Positions 1 to 10,352 of a DNA stretch of 64,000 nucleotides are shown in pieces. The position numbers and the translations under genes are program-made. The stretch is taken from contig CAXXIA010000002.1 in assembly GCA_963666985.2 (NCBI GenBank), positions 2,432,001 through 2,496,000 of the forward strand. The letters are read 5' to 3'. The notes beneath the pieces were generated by a model that made no database searches, was not told the DNA's origin, and saw only the letters and a list, made by a program, of their open reading frames with translations. How positions within the stretch are numbered: the stretch's first letter is position 1; each line of letters opens with the position of its first letter. Source of the DNA: Spirochaetia bacterium. Lineage in GTDB: Bacteria > Spirochaetota > Spirochaetia > DSM-2461.

Positions 1-557
1 TGGCCGGGGTGATTGTAAATATGTTCTTTCAGGCCATGATTTCCCTGGTAAAGTTCACCGCCGACGCCGAGGAGAAACTTCCCTCCATCGTTTACTGGCT
101 GATGGGTTCGCTCAGTTCCGCATCCTGGAGAAAAGCGGCGCTGGCCATCCCTGTTATTCTGATTTCCTCTTTGGTTCTTGTGGGAATGCGGCGGCGGATT
201 AATCTGCTCTCTTTGGGCGAGGAAGCGGTTCGGGGTTTGGGGGTTGATCCCCGGGGGCCCATGGCCTCCGTTTTGATTTTTACGACGCTTTCGGTGTCCG
301 CGGTGGTATCGGTTGCGGGCATCGTCGGGTGGATCGGTCTTGTGGTGCCGCATATCACCCGGATGATCGTCGGGCCCGATCATGACCGGCTGCTGCCGGC
401 CTCCGCCCTGGTGGGCGCACTCTTTTTCCTGGTGATTGATACGCTGGGGCGGACGATTTCGGCCCAGGATATTCCGCTGGGGATTCTGACGGCCCTGGTG
501 GGCGCCCCGGTTTTTATCGTTTTGCTCATCCGCTCGAAGGGACGATGGGTCTTGTGA
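1..557 (+). CDS. FecCD/BtuC-family metal/siderophore ABC transporter permease (5'-truncated by window edge)
   Basis: Hydrophobic ORF with WLMGSL, LGEEAVRGLGV, GIVGWIGLVVPH and DIPLGILTALVGAPVF motifs; frame stays open to the window start. Confidence 0.93.
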   Translation, partial: AGVIVNMFFQAMISLVKFTADAEEKLPSIVYWLMGSLSSASWRKAALAIPVILISSLVLVGMRRRINLLSLGEEAVRGLGVDPRGPMASVLIFTTLSVSAVVSVAGIVGWIGLVVPHITRMIVGPDHDRLLPASALVGALFFLVIDTLGRTISAQDIPLGILTALVGAPVFIVLLIRSKGRWVL

Positions 558-564
558 GCCTCTT

Positions 565-1377
565 ATGAAGATTTCCTTAACCGATGCATCTTTTGCGTAT
601 AATCCCGAACAGCTTGTGTTTCGAGATTTATCCTTTCAACTGGATTCCGGCCAAATCATGTCGCTCATCGGTCCCAACGGCTGCGGGAAAACGACGCTTC
701 TTAAATGTCTGGTCGGCATCCGCTCTTTCTCCGGCGGACTCTTGGAACTCGACGGGAAAGCCGGTCCGTCCGATTCCGATCGGACACGTCTGTTCGGATA
801 CGTGCCGCAGCTCGCCGGAGATCCGGTGCCGTATTCGGTGGAGCAAATGGTTCTTCTCGGAAGAGCCAGATTCATGGGACCGTTTTCCCGTCCCGATCCT
901 CAGGATATCGCCATAGCTGAAACGTCCATGGAAATGGTGGGTATTACTCGGTTGGCGGACCGCGGCTTTCATTCCCTCAGCGGCGGAGAGAGGCAGCTGG
1001 TTCTTATCGCGCAGGCCCTCACCACAGGTGCCACGACTTTGGTGTTCGACGAGCCGACTTCGGCTCTCGACTTGGTAAACCAGCATGATACGGTCGATCT
1101 GCTCAGGCGTTTATCCCATGACGAGGGCTATACGGTTATTTTTAGTTCCCACGATCCCTCCCATGCGCTGCATATTTCCGATCAATGCCTTTTGATGGAT
1201 AAAACGGACGGGTCTCGTTTCGGTCCGGCCGAAGAGGTTATTACGGAGGCGGAATTGCGCCGGGTTTTCGGCGTGGAATCGCAGGTCATCCGGCATGAGA
1301 GAAAGGGACAGGGAACATCCATGGGCGTGCTGCCGATTCTTAAGCCGTACTTTAAAAAGACGGGAAAAGCGGGATGA
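565..1377 (+). CDS. Metal-chelate ABC transporter ATP-binding protein
   Basis: Walker A GPNGCGKT, signature LSGGERQ, Walker B LVFDEPT, H-loop SSHD. Confidence 0.95.
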   Translation: MKISLTDASFAYNPEQLVFRDLSFQLDSGQIMSLIGPNGCGKTTLLKCLVGIRSFSGGLLELDGKAGPSDSDRTRLFGYVPQLAGDPVPYSVEQMVLLGRARFMGPFSRPDPQDIAIAETSMEMVGITRLADRGFHSLSGGERQLVLIAQALTTGATTLVFDEPTSALDLVNQHDTVDLLRRLSHDEGYTVIFSSHDPSHALHISDQCLLMDKTDGSRFGPAEEVITEAELRRVFGVESQVIRHERKGQGTSMGVLPILKPYFKKTGKAG

Positions 1378-1646
1378 GATACGCGGTAATCGGTATCTGC
1401 ATCGGCTTTAAGGGCAGCATCAGGGATGTGAATACCCTTATAACGGATAACGGCGATATTGTTCTCGGACGCATGGGTTTGCCCATAAGGGAAAAAGGAC
1501 TCAGACTGATTTCCCTGATTGTGGAAGGGAATACGGACGCCATCGGCCGATTGGCCGGAAAACTGGGACAGCTGCCCGGCGTGGAAGTGAAATCCATGAT
1601 GATGAAAAATGTTCCAAACGATCATTCCCGAGAAAAAATCGGGTGA
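1374..1646 (+). CDS. TM1266-family putative [FeFe]-hydrogenase-system regulator (ACT/NikR-C-like fold)
   Basis: GRMGLP...LISLIVEG..D.I..L.GKLGQLPGVEVKS pattern; ATGA overlap with the ATPase stop codon. Confidence 0.85.
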   Translation: MRYAVIGICIGFKGSIRDVNTLITDNGDIVLGRMGLPIREKGLRLISLIVEGNTDAIGRLAGKLGQLPGVEVKSMMMKNVPNDHSREKIG

Positions 1647-1649
1647 ATC

Positions 1650-1677
1650 GTCTTTTCAAGAAAATCTTAAAAAGACA
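1650..1677. terminator. Probable bidirectional terminator between convergent genes
   Basis: Imperfect inverted repeat GTCTTTTcAAGA-aaa-TCTTaAAAAGAC in the short gap between two stop codons. Confidence 0.45.
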
Positions 1678-1678
1678 A

Positions 1679-3466
1679 TCAGACCTTGAAGATTTCCAAT
1701 TCCTTATTAATTCTTTCAACCGCCTCAAGGTTTGTCTCGCCGATTCTTGAAACCTTTGTAACCACCGCATCGATTTCCTGCGTATTCTCGGCCACACCTT
1801 CAATAAGGCGATTCACGTCTTCCGTGATATCGATGAGGCTTTTCATTTCACCAAAGACCTGACGGCTTCCGATTTTCATTTCTTTTGATCCCTGATTAAC
1901 GCTGGATGAGATCGCGGACATTTTTTCCAGCGAGTCCAGGATTACTTGAGATTCGCTGTTCTGTTCGGTAATGAGCCGTTCCACTTCTTTCTCCAGCCTG
2001 CTTACGGTTTCTATAAGGCCGTTGACGTGTTGGAACATTTCTTCGGTAATCTTGGAAGTCTCCACGATATTTTCAACAAGGGTGATAACGGAATTCAGCC
2101 GGGATTCGATTAGCTTGGATTGAAGAGTTGTCGATTCGGCAAGTTTCCGAATTTCATCGGCAACAACAGCAAAACCTTTACCGATTTCTCCGGCATGAGC
2201 GGCTTCAATCGCGGCATTCATGGCCAGCAGATTCGTTTGGGAGGCAACATTGGAAATAATGCGGTTTGTCTCTTTTAATCCTTCCGATTCATGTGAAACC
2301 TCGGTAATTATCGAGTTTGATTTCTCTATGTACTCCAATCCGCGTTCCGAAGCGGTTTTTAAATCTTCGAAACTGCGGTTCACCTCAGCGATATTTTTCG
2401 TTGCAAAACCGATATTTTTTACCATCTGTTCGATGGATTCGGACGATTCACCGATATTCAGCGACTGAGTTTCTATTAATCCGCCCAGAGAGTCGATGTT
2501 GGAAACGACTTCTTCTATAGCGGCGGATGATTCCGTGATTGATGCTGATTGGTCGGCTATGCGGTCTTTAACGGTTCGGACATTGCTGGAGATTTGTATG
2601 GATGATGCGGCTGTCTGCTCCATGTTTATGGCAAGTTCATGACCGACGGCCATCAAATTTGTTCCGGTATCCTGAATATTCTTTACCCGGTTCGAGAGTT
2701 GGGAGAGAAAATCATTCATATGGCCGCCGAGCCGGCCGATTTCGTCTTTGGAAGAATCTCCGATCCTCACCGAAAGATTCCCCTGAGATCCGGCGGAAAA
2801 GCTTTCGTAGAATCGTGTCAGAGGTTTTGAAATCGTTCGCGTGAGTATGATCGCGATGAAAACGGCGGCTATAACGGAAGTCCCTATGAGGATTAAAGCC
2901 GTTATGAGGGCCTTTTCTATTGTTTGATCGGCATCGGCCATAAATGTTTCGGCATTTCCGTCGGTCAGAGTCAGAACTTCTTGAACGTTTCTATCCAAGG
3001 TTGAGATATAAACGGCCCCCGATCCGGTATTGATTTTTCTTACTTCTTCCAGTTTCCCTTTTTCCGTCAGAGAGATTATTTCGTCCCGAATCGGCTTCCA
3101 TCCGACAAAATCTTCATTCAAATCTTCGATGATCGATTTATTCCCAAGAAAACGCTCCTCCAATATTTTAAATTCTTCGAGAGTTTGAGTTTCCAATGAG
3201 TTTATTCTGGCTACGGCGGCGGCAAATTCCGCGGCGTTCCGGGCGAGGGCGATGTCTTTCATGGATCGGTGTATCGCGATGATGTTGCTTTGAATCTTCA
3301 GCGAGGCTGTGCTGGCGGCGTACGGATGGCGATACAGCTGTTCCGTTAAATCGGCGGTTGTTTTTATCGTGTTTATCAGGAGAACGCAAAGTCCCAACAG
3401 TAAAGCAATTATGAATCCGATACCGATTGATAAGCGTATGCCTATTCTGATGTTTCGAATTTTCAT
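1679..3466 (-). CDS. Methyl-accepting chemotaxis protein (four-helix-bundle sensor, HAMP, long signalling domain)
   Basis: Two TM segments, HAMP (GNLSVRI...KDEIGRL), hairpin tip [35 protein letters not shown]. Confidence 0.95.
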   Translation of the reverse strand: MKIRNIRIGIRLSIGIGFIIALLLGLCVLLINTIKTTADLTEQLYRHPYAASTASLKIQSNIIAIHRSMKDIALARNAAEFAAAVARINSLETQTLEEFKILEERFLGNKSIIEDLNEDFVGWKPIRDEIISLTEKGKLEEVRKINTGSGAVYISTLDRNVQEVLTLTDGNAETFMADADQTIEKALITALILIGTSVIAAVFIAIILTRTISKPLTRFYESFSAGSQGNLSVRIGDSSKDEIGRLGGHMNDFLSQLSNRVKNIQDTGTNLMAVGHELAINMEQTAASSIQISSNVRTVKDRIADQSASITESSAAIEEVVSNIDSLGGLIETQSLNIGESSESIEQMVKNIGFATKNIAEVNRSFEDLKTASERGLEYIEKSNSIITEVSHESEGLKETNRIISNVASQTNLLAMNAAIEAAHAGEIGKGFAVVADEIRKLAESTTLQSKLIESRLNSVITLVENIVETSKITEEMFQHVNGLIETVSRLEKEVERLITEQNSESQVILDSLEKMSAISSSVNQGSKEMKIGSRQVFGEMKSLIDITEDVNRLIEGVAENTQEIDAVVTKVSRIGETNLEAVERINKELEIFKV

Positions 3467-3619
3467 GAAGATCTCCCGATATGTTATTGTTAAGTTATAT
3501 ACATGTGTGCATGTAAATACTTATTAACACAATATCATATATAATGCGAATTAACTACAGCAAGATAGGTGCTGGAAGATGAGAATAAAGCGGGTCTTCT
3601 GAAAATTGAACGCTTTGAA

Positions 3620-6031
3620 TTATCCGGCTCTTCGGTAGTTTCCTTTTAAAACGAATCGAATCGGCTCTTCTCCGACCGCGAATATTAATGAGGTTGTTCC
3701 GGACTTTTCAGCCGCGGGAGAGCCTTGATTCTGCAGATTCGGGAACATGGAGAATCCGGGCGGTGCGTTCAGGATGAAGCTTCGGCCTTTACTCGGCGGC
3801 GACCAGGGATTCTCATCGCTGCGAACCAGTTCTCCGGTCCATTCGTCGGCACCGGCCGGAATCAGAGAAAAGCTCCAGGTATTCCATTTCCCCTCGGAGA
3901 GCCTCGATTCACCGTCATCTTCAAAATGAGTATGGAAGATTGGATCCGGGCCCGGGTAGATGTCGAATCGGACTTCCGGAAACCAGCCTGTTTTCAGAGA
4001 ATCGGCCCCCGGTGAGCGCGTAACGATACTGCCGGCTTTGACCAGATAGCGCGCTCTGTTTGGATTAATCGGCGCTTGAACGACCGTGCCGCCGGACAGA
4101 AGAACGCCTTCGTCCGGATCGTACCAGTCGGCACCGGCCGGAAGTCGGACCGGAATAATCGCCTTGCCGCTTTCGAATGAATTAACGGCCAGGACGGCAT
4201 CTCCGAACAGGTAGTTCCCATCATCGCTTTTCAAATCCTTATCGCCGGGGAATTCCAGCAGCAGGGAGCGCTGAATCGGCGTGCCGGTCAGATGGGCCAG
4301 ATAGGCATGGGAGTAGGTATAGGGCATGAATTCATAATGCTGACGAACCAGAGATTTAAGGTCCTCCAGGATGTCCGGATAGCTCCAGAGTTCGGTCGGG
4401 AGTCCGTCGTCGTTCCAGGAATGAACGACGAAGCGCGGCTGGAACACCGCCGACTGGCACCATCGCAGAAAGAGTTCCGAATCGGGATGAGGACCGAAGA
4501 AACCGCCGATGTCGTGACCGAAATACGGCAGCCCGCTGAGGCCCATGGAAAGACCCATCAGATTGTTGGTGCGCAGACTCTCCCAGTCCGAGGTGTTGTC
4601 CCCGCTCCAGGTTCGGGCGTAGCGCTGGATGCCGATGCCTCCGGAGCGGGTGATGACCCAGGGGCGTTTGTTCGGATTTTTTTCACTCAGGGTTTCCCAG
4701 GCGATGCGGCACATCCTTAAGGCGAATGTGCTCCGCTGAGCATGGGCCGGTACGGTAACGTCTTCGATTTCCAGTTCGTTGTTGTCGTTCCAGATACCGT
4801 CGATGCCGTAGTCGATAAGCCGTTCTCCGAGCAGCTTTTTCCAGGCATCCGCGGCTTTTCGGCTTTTAAAATTCCAGAAGGAGGCATCGGCGCCCCAGTA
4901 ATACTCTTTGTACGGACGGCCTTCGGAATCCGGGACAAGAAAACCTTTCTCCGCATAGTCTCCGTAGCGCGGATGGGTTTCGAGAATGCCCGGTTTGATA
5001 TTCGCGGCGACATGGTATCCGCGCGAACGAATGGATTCTATGAAAACTTCCGGATTCGGGAATTTCTTCTTGTTCCATTCGAAGGCATAGCGTCTTCCGT
5101 CTTCGGCTCTGCAGTAGCCGCTGGAGAGATAGAGTCCTTCGCAGGGAACTTTATGCTTTTCAACGGCGTCGATATAGGCCGCGACTCTCTCGGAGGCATC
5201 ATCCGGATCGGTATAGTCCATGGATGATCCTAAGAAGCCGAAGGTAAAGGCCGGGGGGAAGGCCGGACGGCCGGTGAGCCGGGTGTATTTATTTAGGATG
5301 TCCCGGTAGTTATCACCCGTAAAGAGGGCGTAGCGGAACGGACCGTTTTCCAGAGAAAAGGAATAAAAATAGGGGCTTTCAACGCCGAAATCGGCGGCGG
5401 TGACATCGGGCGCCAGGAGGGCCAATCCGCTCCAGATTTTCGAATCCGGGTTCCACTTGATGAAAAACGGAATGGATTTGTAAAGAGGATCGGAAAAACT
5501 GCCTCTGTAGCCCAGAGCATCGCGGTTGTGCATAAGAAAGCGGCGGTCCCGTCTGTCCGGATCGCCGCCTTTGTCGCCCAAACCGAAGAAGCGGTCACCG
5601 TGTTCGAGGCGAAAATTGAACTTGCCGCGGACATTCCCCGGAGATGAACCGTGAACCCGAAGCGGGTAGCGGGGAAGAACCGTATCGGCCGAACCAATTC
5701 TGCCGCCGTGGACGGTTTGTCCGTTTCGAAACACCTCGATCAGCCCGTTGGCAAGGGTTATTTCGAAAGTGACTTCGCCGTCGCGTGCGCGAAAAACGTT
5801 CTCCCCGTTTTCCCGAATCCAGTCTTCCGGTTCGGCACGGTATTCGGGATCGATAAACAGCTGGGAAGCCTCATCCAAATCTTCCGGGATGGGATAGGCG
5901 GAAAAGTCGTAGCGGATACCGTAGGCCCCTTCGAAAAGGCGCTTTACCGTCAGTTTCGAAGTAGGGCCTTCGAACAGGAGAACATGATCGTCACCCCGGC
6001 GGTACTCCAGGGAATGAGGTGCCCGAACCAT
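3620..6031 (-). CDS. GH31 alpha-glycosidase (resembles the Aec37-like subgroup)
   Basis: FFGLGDK, LYKSIPFF, nucleophile motif GIWNDNNE, acid/base TWSGDN, GHDIGGF. Start moved to the ATG at 6031 (TGATG coupling); the extension to 6325 overlaps the permease. Confidence 0.9.
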   Translation of the reverse strand: MVRAPHSLEYRRGDDHVLLFEGPTSKLTVKRLFEGAYGIRYDFSAYPIPEDLDEASQLFIDPEYRAEPEDWIRENGENVFRARDGEVTFEITLANGLIEVFRNGQTVHGGRIGSADTVLPRYPLRVHGSSPGNVRGKFNFRLEHGDRFFGLGDKGGDPDRRDRRFLMHNRDALGYRGSFSDPLYKSIPFFIKWNPDSKIWSGLALLAPDVTAADFGVESPYFYSFSLENGPFRYALFTGDNYRDILNKYTRLTGRPAFPPAFTFGFLGSSMDYTDPDDASERVAAYIDAVEKHKVPCEGLYLSSGYCRAEDGRRYAFEWNKKKFPNPEVFIESIRSRGYHVAANIKPGILETHPRYGDYAEKGFLVPDSEGRPYKEYYWGADASFWNFKSRKAADAWKKLLGERLIDYGIDGIWNDNNELEIEDVTVPAHAQRSTFALRMCRIAWETLSEKNPNKRPWVITRSGGIGIQRYARTWSGDNTSDWESLRTNNLMGLSMGLSGLPYFGHDIGGFFGPHPDSELFLRWCQSAVFQPRFVVHSWNDDGLPTELWSYPDILEDLKSLVRQHYEFMPYTYSHAYLAHLTGTPIQRSLLLEFPGDKDLKSDDGNYLFGDAVLAVNSFESGKAIIPVRLPAGADWYDPDEGVLLSGGTVVQAPINPNRARYLVKAGSIVTRSPGADSLKTGWFPEVRFDIYPGPDPIFHTHFEDDGESRLSEGKWNTWSFSLIPAGADEWTGELVRSDENPWSPPSKGRSFILNAPPGFSMFPNLQNQGSPAAEKSGTTSLIFAVGEEPIRFVLKGNYRRAG

Positions 6032-6852
6032 CAGCCTTTCACTCCGCCGGCGGTAAGGCCTTTGATGAAGTATTTCTGGAATGCCAGGAATACGATAATC
6101 ATGGGCAGGATGGCGATGACGGTCATGGAAAGCAGCTTGGACCAGTCCACGTCGTATTGTCCCACGAAATTGGAGAGGGCCAGCTGCAGGGTGTATTTCT
6201 TCTGTTTGCTGATAACGATGAACGGCCAGAGGAAGTCGTTCCACCGCCACATAAAGGAGAAAATGGTGATGGTGGCGATAATGGGCTTGGCCAGGGGAAG
6301 AATGATCTTCCGGAAAATAAACCACTCACCGCTGCCGTCGATTCGCGCTGATTCGATCAGGGAGTTGGGAATGGTCATCATATACTGACGGGCCAGGAAT
6401 ATTCCCGTGGGCGTGGCCGCGGGCGGAATTATGATGCCCCAGAGGGTGTTTAAAAGTCCCAGATTTTTTTCCAAGAGGAAAATGGGAATCATGATGACCT
6501 GCAGGGGAATCATCAGGGTGGCGATCATGATGAAAAAGATAAGATCGCGGCCTTTGAAGATGTATTTACTTAAGGCATAGCCGGCCATCGTGTTGATCAT
6601 CACGGTGATGAAGGTGGCGATGACGGTAACATATCCGCTGTTGCCGAAGTAGCGCAGGAAGGTGCCGCTTCGGAACGCTTCGCGGTAATTATCCAAGGTC
6701 GGATTCGCCGGGAAAATGGTCAGGGGATAGGTGAAGAGTTCCGACTGTGTTTTCAGGGAACTTAAGAGGACCCAGAGAACCGGAAAGAGAAAAATGATTG
6801 TGAGCAGAGTATAGGCGATGTAAATGGAAACGGTACGGCCTTTCTTATTCAT
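6031..6852 (-). CDS. Carbohydrate ABC transporter permease (MalG-type)
   Basis: EAA loop ESARIDGS and WNDFLWP motif. Confidence 0.95.
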   Translation of the reverse strand: MNKKGRTVSIYIAYTLLTIIFLFPVLWVLLSSLKTQSELFTYPLTIFPANPTLDNYREAFRSGTFLRYFGNSGYVTVIATFITVMINTMAGYALSKYIFKGRDLIFFIMIATLMIPLQVIMIPIFLLEKNLGLLNTLWGIIIPPAATPTGIFLARQYMMTIPNSLIESARIDGSGEWFIFRKIILPLAKPIIATITIFSFMWRWNDFLWPFIVISKQKKYTLQLALSNFVGQYDVDWSKLLSMTVIAILPMIIVFLAFQKYFIKGLTAGGVKG

Positions 6853-7732
6853 TGGAGTATTCCTTCCGGTTCAAGCGGAATTGAATCATGGTGAGGATTC
6901 CGATGGTAATCATCAGCATCACCGCCATGGCCGATGCGTACCCGAGACGGTCTTCTTCGAAGGCCACCTGGTAAATGTTCTGAACCAGAAATTTCGTGGC
7001 CGAACCCGGACCGCCTTTGGTGAGGGTGAAGATAAGTTCAAAGGCCTTGAAGGAATTGATTGTCGCCAGCACCAGAACAACAAGCGTCGTGGGCCGGATA
7101 AGCGGGAGTTTGATGTGCAGGAAAACCTGCCGCCGGTTCGCGCCGTCGATGGATGCCGCCGAAAACAGATCTTCCGGTATGGCCTGGAGGCCGCCGATGA
7201 ACATCACCATGTAAAAGCCGCAGAGCGACCAGACCGAAATAAAAATGAGACTGGCGAACGCGGTACGGGGCGTTGAAAGCCATTTGACCGTTTCTCCGCC
7301 GGAGATGTCCAAAATATAGTTCAGGATGCCCAGTTCATCTCCGAGAATCCACCGCCAGGTGATGCCCACGATAATGAGGCTCAGCATGGTCGGAAGGTAG
7401 AATGTTCCGCGGAAAATCGAAACACCCGGCCGATTATCACAGGTGAGAAGGGCCAAACCGAGGGAAGCTGCCGTAATCAGCGGGACGACGATGAGAACAT
7501 ATTTGAGTGTGTTCAGGAAGGTTTTCCAGAAATCGCCGTCGCGGAAAATATTGCCGAAATTCTCAAAACCGATAAAGTTTTTTTCGCCGAGAATGCTCCA
7601 GTCGTAGAGGGATAATCGCAATCCGCTGATGGCCGGAATAATAATGAAAACGGCGAAAATAAGCATGTTCGGCGTGAGAAACAGCATCGGCGCGAGTGTC
7701 TGGTGAAAAGAGCTTTTTGTTTTTTTGCTCAT
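6845..7732 (-). CDS. Carbohydrate ABC transporter permease (MalF-type)
   Basis: GLQAIPEDLFSAASIDGA, LTKGGPGSAT, GYASA. Start at 7732 (MSKKTK) or 7765. Confidence 0.93.
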   Translation of the reverse strand: MSKKTKSSFHQTLAPMLFLTPNMLIFAVFIIIPAISGLRLSLYDWSILGEKNFIGFENFGNIFRDGDFWKTFLNTLKYVLIVVPLITAASLGLALLTCDNRPGVSIFRGTFYLPTMLSLIIVGITWRWILGDELGILNYILDISGGETVKWLSTPRTAFASLIFISVWSLCGFYMVMFIGGLQAIPEDLFSAASIDGANRRQVFLHIKLPLIRPTTLVVLVLATINSFKAFELIFTLTKGGPGSATKFLVQNIYQVAFEEDRLGYASAMAVMLMITIGILTMIQFRLNRKEYSNE

Positions 7733-7797
7733 AGTGGATTCCGATCGGCCCTCATCTCGGGGCATTGTTTGATGCTAAAAGTTTAAAATACAGAATA

Positions 7798-7830
7798 CCC
7801 GGCCGGCCGGAAGCCGGCCGGGCTTTTTTT
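7798..7830. terminator. GC-rich intercistronic stem-loop between binding protein and permease genes
   Basis: CCCGGCCGGC-cggaa-GCCGGCCGGG perfect 10-bp stem; likely stabilises or attenuates the binding-protein mRNA. Confidence 0.7.
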
Positions 7831-7856
7831 ATAATTCGTCCGATACGAAGCGGTGA

Positions 7857-9113
7857 TTAAAAGAAACTGTTTCCTTTGTCCTGAATATTCTGTGCGGCCT
7901 GCTGCATGGTGATGTTGCCGAGAAGTCCTTCGACAATCTGTTCCCGAATGTAGGAGTAGATTTTGTTGAGTTCCGCGCTTTTCCAGTCCTCGGCCGTAAT
8001 GGCCGGAGTAACGGAAAGATCGGCGGCCATGGTCGCGAAATCTTCCGAGCGGGAAGGATATTGAATGTTCACGTCGGTTCTGGCCGAGAGGTTGAACGTA
8101 TCGCGGCAGTACATGGCGTTATGCTCGGCATCGGAGAAGTGCATAATCAAATCAAGAGCCGCCGCTTCGTTTTCGGCACCCTTGAAGCTGCCGATGAATT
8201 TACCGCCGGCAACGGAACTTCGGATTTTTCGTTTGGGCATGTTTACGGCGGCCCATTCGAAGTCTTTGATTTCAGAAGCATACTTGTTGATGCACCAGGA
8301 ACCGCCGATGTGACTGGCAACCAAACCGGCCGTGAAGAGTTCCTGCGGATTTTCCGAGCCCATCCAGACCGATGCGGGGCAGAGTTCTTCGTCATGGAGT
8401 TTCTTGAAGAAGTTCAGAGCGTCGAGGGCTTCGGGCGTGACGAAATTCATGGCCGATTCATCGTCGTTGAGAAAGCGGCCGCCGGCTTCGAAGAGCAGGG
8501 TGGACCAGCGGTGGGGACTGAAGTCGTAGCCGAGTGCATAGTCCAGACCGTCGTTGGCCGCGACAACCGCTTTCATGGCTTTATACCAATCGTCCCAGGT
8601 CCATGTTTTGGAAAGCTTTTTGATGTCGATGCCCGCATTCGCGAAGTAATCGACGTTGACGATCATGCCGTTCGCCGTCGCTTCGGTGGGCATGGCCAGA
8701 ATGCTGCCGTCCGGGTGAGTGGCGAAAGCGACCGATGCGGCGCCGAAGTTCTTGAGTTCGGCTTCAAGTCCTTTAGCCTTGCCGTTCAGGGGAAGAAGTT
8801 CGTTCACGAACATGGCCACTTGGTTGTTGGTGATGCGGGCGACGTCGGGGGGATCGCCGCCGGCAATCATCAATTTTAGACGCTTTTCGTATTCCCCGAA
8901 GGGCACGAGCTGCAGTTCGATGGTGACATTGGGATTCTCATCCAGATAATCCTGTACGGTGTTCAGAAATACTTCCGACTCGTTGGCATCGTTGAACCAA
9001 AGGACATCCAGGGCAACGGGTTCTTGGGCTTCGGAACTCGACGCGCCGTTGCTCCAAAGGAATCCTGCGGCCAGCATGACGATTAATACCGAAAATCCGA
9101 CTTTTCGTAACAT
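7857..9113 (-). CDS. Sugar ABC transporter substrate-binding protein
   Basis: Signal peptide MLRKVGFSVLIVMLAAGFLWSNG, AGGDPPDV motif; GAGGAGG RBS upstream of the ATG at 9113. Confidence 0.93.
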   Translation of the reverse strand: MLRKVGFSVLIVMLAAGFLWSNGASSSEAQEPVALDVLWFNDANESEVFLNTVQDYLDENPNVTIELQLVPFGEYEKRLKLMIAGGDPPDVARITNNQVAMFVNELLPLNGKAKGLEAELKNFGAASVAFATHPDGSILAMPTEATANGMIVNVDYFANAGIDIKKLSKTWTWDDWYKAMKAVVAANDGLDYALGYDFSPHRWSTLLFEAGGRFLNDDESAMNFVTPEALDALNFFKKLHDEELCPASVWMGSENPQELFTAGLVASHIGGSWCINKYASEIKDFEWAAVNMPKRKIRSSVAGGKFIGSFKGAENEAAALDLIMHFSDAEHNAMYCRDTFNLSARTDVNIQYPSRSEDFATMAADLSVTPAITAEDWKSAELNKIYSYIREQIVEGLLGNITMQQAAQNIQDKGNSFF

Positions 9114-9132
9114 AGAAACCTCCTCTTCATTG

Positions 9133-9146
9133 TCAAAACGTTTTGA
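9133..9146. promoter_or_regulatory. LacI-family operator O1
   Basis: Perfect palindrome TCAAAACGTTTTGA with central CG, just downstream of the minus-strand promoter. Confidence 0.85.
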
Positions 9147-9147
9147 T

Positions 9148-9176
9148 ATCCTAAAACCGCGAAAATGAGATGTCAA
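9148..9176 (-). promoter_or_regulatory. Sigma70-type promoter of the sugar ABC/GH31 operon
   Basis: Minus strand TTGACA (9176-9171), 17-nt spacer, TAGGAT (9153-9148). Confidence 0.7.
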
Positions 9177-9182
9177 GCGATT

Positions 9183-9202
9183 TTGTCAAAACGATTTGAC
9201 AA
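9183..9202. promoter_or_regulatory. LacI-family operator O2 (probable autoregulation)
   Basis: TTGTCAAAACGATTTGACAA, one mismatch from a perfect palindrome; overlaps a plus-strand TTGACA upstream of the regulator. Confidence 0.78.
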
Positions 9203-9241
9203 TTCGTTGTCTTCGGACGTATGTGCTGTTATTATGTGGTA

Positions 9242-10234
9242 ATGGTTAAAATCACCGACGTCGCCGAGGCGGCCGGCGTTTCCCCTTCGACGGTGAGCCA
9301 TGTTCTGTCGGGGAATCGCCCCATCAGCGAAGAAACAAAGAAGCGGGTTCTGAATATCATTAAGGAACTGGGGTATACACCCAATCCCAACGCCCGCGCG
9401 ATGAAAAGTTCCCGAACGGGGATTATCGGTTTTTTCGCGGGCGATATAACCGAGGTGTTCGTTACCGAAATCATTCGCGGTGTCGAATCCGTTATCGTTC
9501 CGGCCGGTTATCATCTTCTTCTGGTTTCCGGCTCCGAGTTCGACGACGATCCGAGGCAGGCCCTGGAATTCCTGATTTCCAGAAGAATCGACGGAGCAAT
9601 TATCAGCTACGGAACATCCGATATAAAAACGGATTCGGGATTCGGCAATATGTCTCTGCCTCTTGTTTTCATCAACAGAAGCTATAACGATGTGATTCCC
9701 TGTATCCGGCCGGATAATTACATGGGCGGAAAGGTGGTGGCTTCGCATTTTGCCGAATGCGGTGTTAAGAAAGCCGCCATTATCGGCGGTCCGGAAAAGC
9801 GTCAGGCCAGCAGGGACCGCATCAGGGGCTTTATCGAGCGGTCGGAGGAATTGGGAATGGAAGTTCCCGAAGGCTGTGTTTTCCATACCGAGTTCACATT
9901 TGACGGCGGCCGAAAGGCCATGAAAGTTCTTCTGGAACGGGGTAAGGGATTCGACGGACTCTTCTGCGCCAATGATTATATCGCCTGCGGAGCCATGACC
10001 GTTGCACAAGAAGCGGGGCTTTCCATTCCGGATGATCTAAAAGTTATCGGTTTCGACGACCGTGAGTTCGCCAGATTTTGGCCCACGCCGGTAACGACGA
10101 TGTCTCAGCCCCTGTTTCAAATGGGTCGGCTCGGTGCCCGGTATTTGGTGGATTTTAATGAAAAGGAAAAAGAAATTCCTCTGCTGACCGTTCTTTCCAG
10201 TTCCCTGATTCCCAGACGCAGTACGGGATTCTGA
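9242..10234 (+). CDS. LacI-family transcriptional regulator
   Basis: HTH ITDVAEAAGVSPSTVSHVLSG, hinge YTPNPNARAM, IPDDLKVIGFDD; ATG at 9242. Confidence 0.96.
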   Translation: MVKITDVAEAAGVSPSTVSHVLSGNRPISEETKKRVLNIIKELGYTPNPNARAMKSSRTGIIGFFAGDITEVFVTEIIRGVESVIVPAGYHLLLVSGSEFDDDPRQALEFLISRRIDGAIISYGTSDIKTDSGFGNMSLPLVFINRSYNDVIPCIRPDNYMGGKVVASHFAECGVKKAAIIGGPEKRQASRDRIRGFIERSEELGMEVPEGCVFHTEFTFDGGRKAMKVLLERGKGFDGLFCANDYIACGAMTVAQEAGLSIPDDLKVIGFDDREFARFWPTPVTTMSQPLFQMGRLGARYLVDFNEKEKEIPLLTVLSSSLIPRRSTGF

Positions 10235-10317
10235 TTTTTTAAATCCCGCCGACTTCCGATGCGGGGTTTCCCCGTTTTCCGGGACTGAGATTTCTTTTGG
10301 TAAGAGGCCTTTCATTC

Positions 10318-10346
10318 TTGACAGCCGATTCACGGGAGCGTATTCT
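10318..10346 (+). promoter_or_regulatory. Sigma70-type promoter of the dehydrogenase/epimerase genes
   Basis: TTGACA (10318-10323), 17-nt spacer, TATTCT (10341-10346). Confidence 0.75.
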
Positions 10347-10352
10347 CCCGTA

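Noticed and set aside
6032..6325. 98-aa N-terminal extension of the GH31 ORF (poly-His/Arg rich)
   Set aside because: Alternate-frame read of the upstream permease; TGATG coupling marks the real start at 6031.
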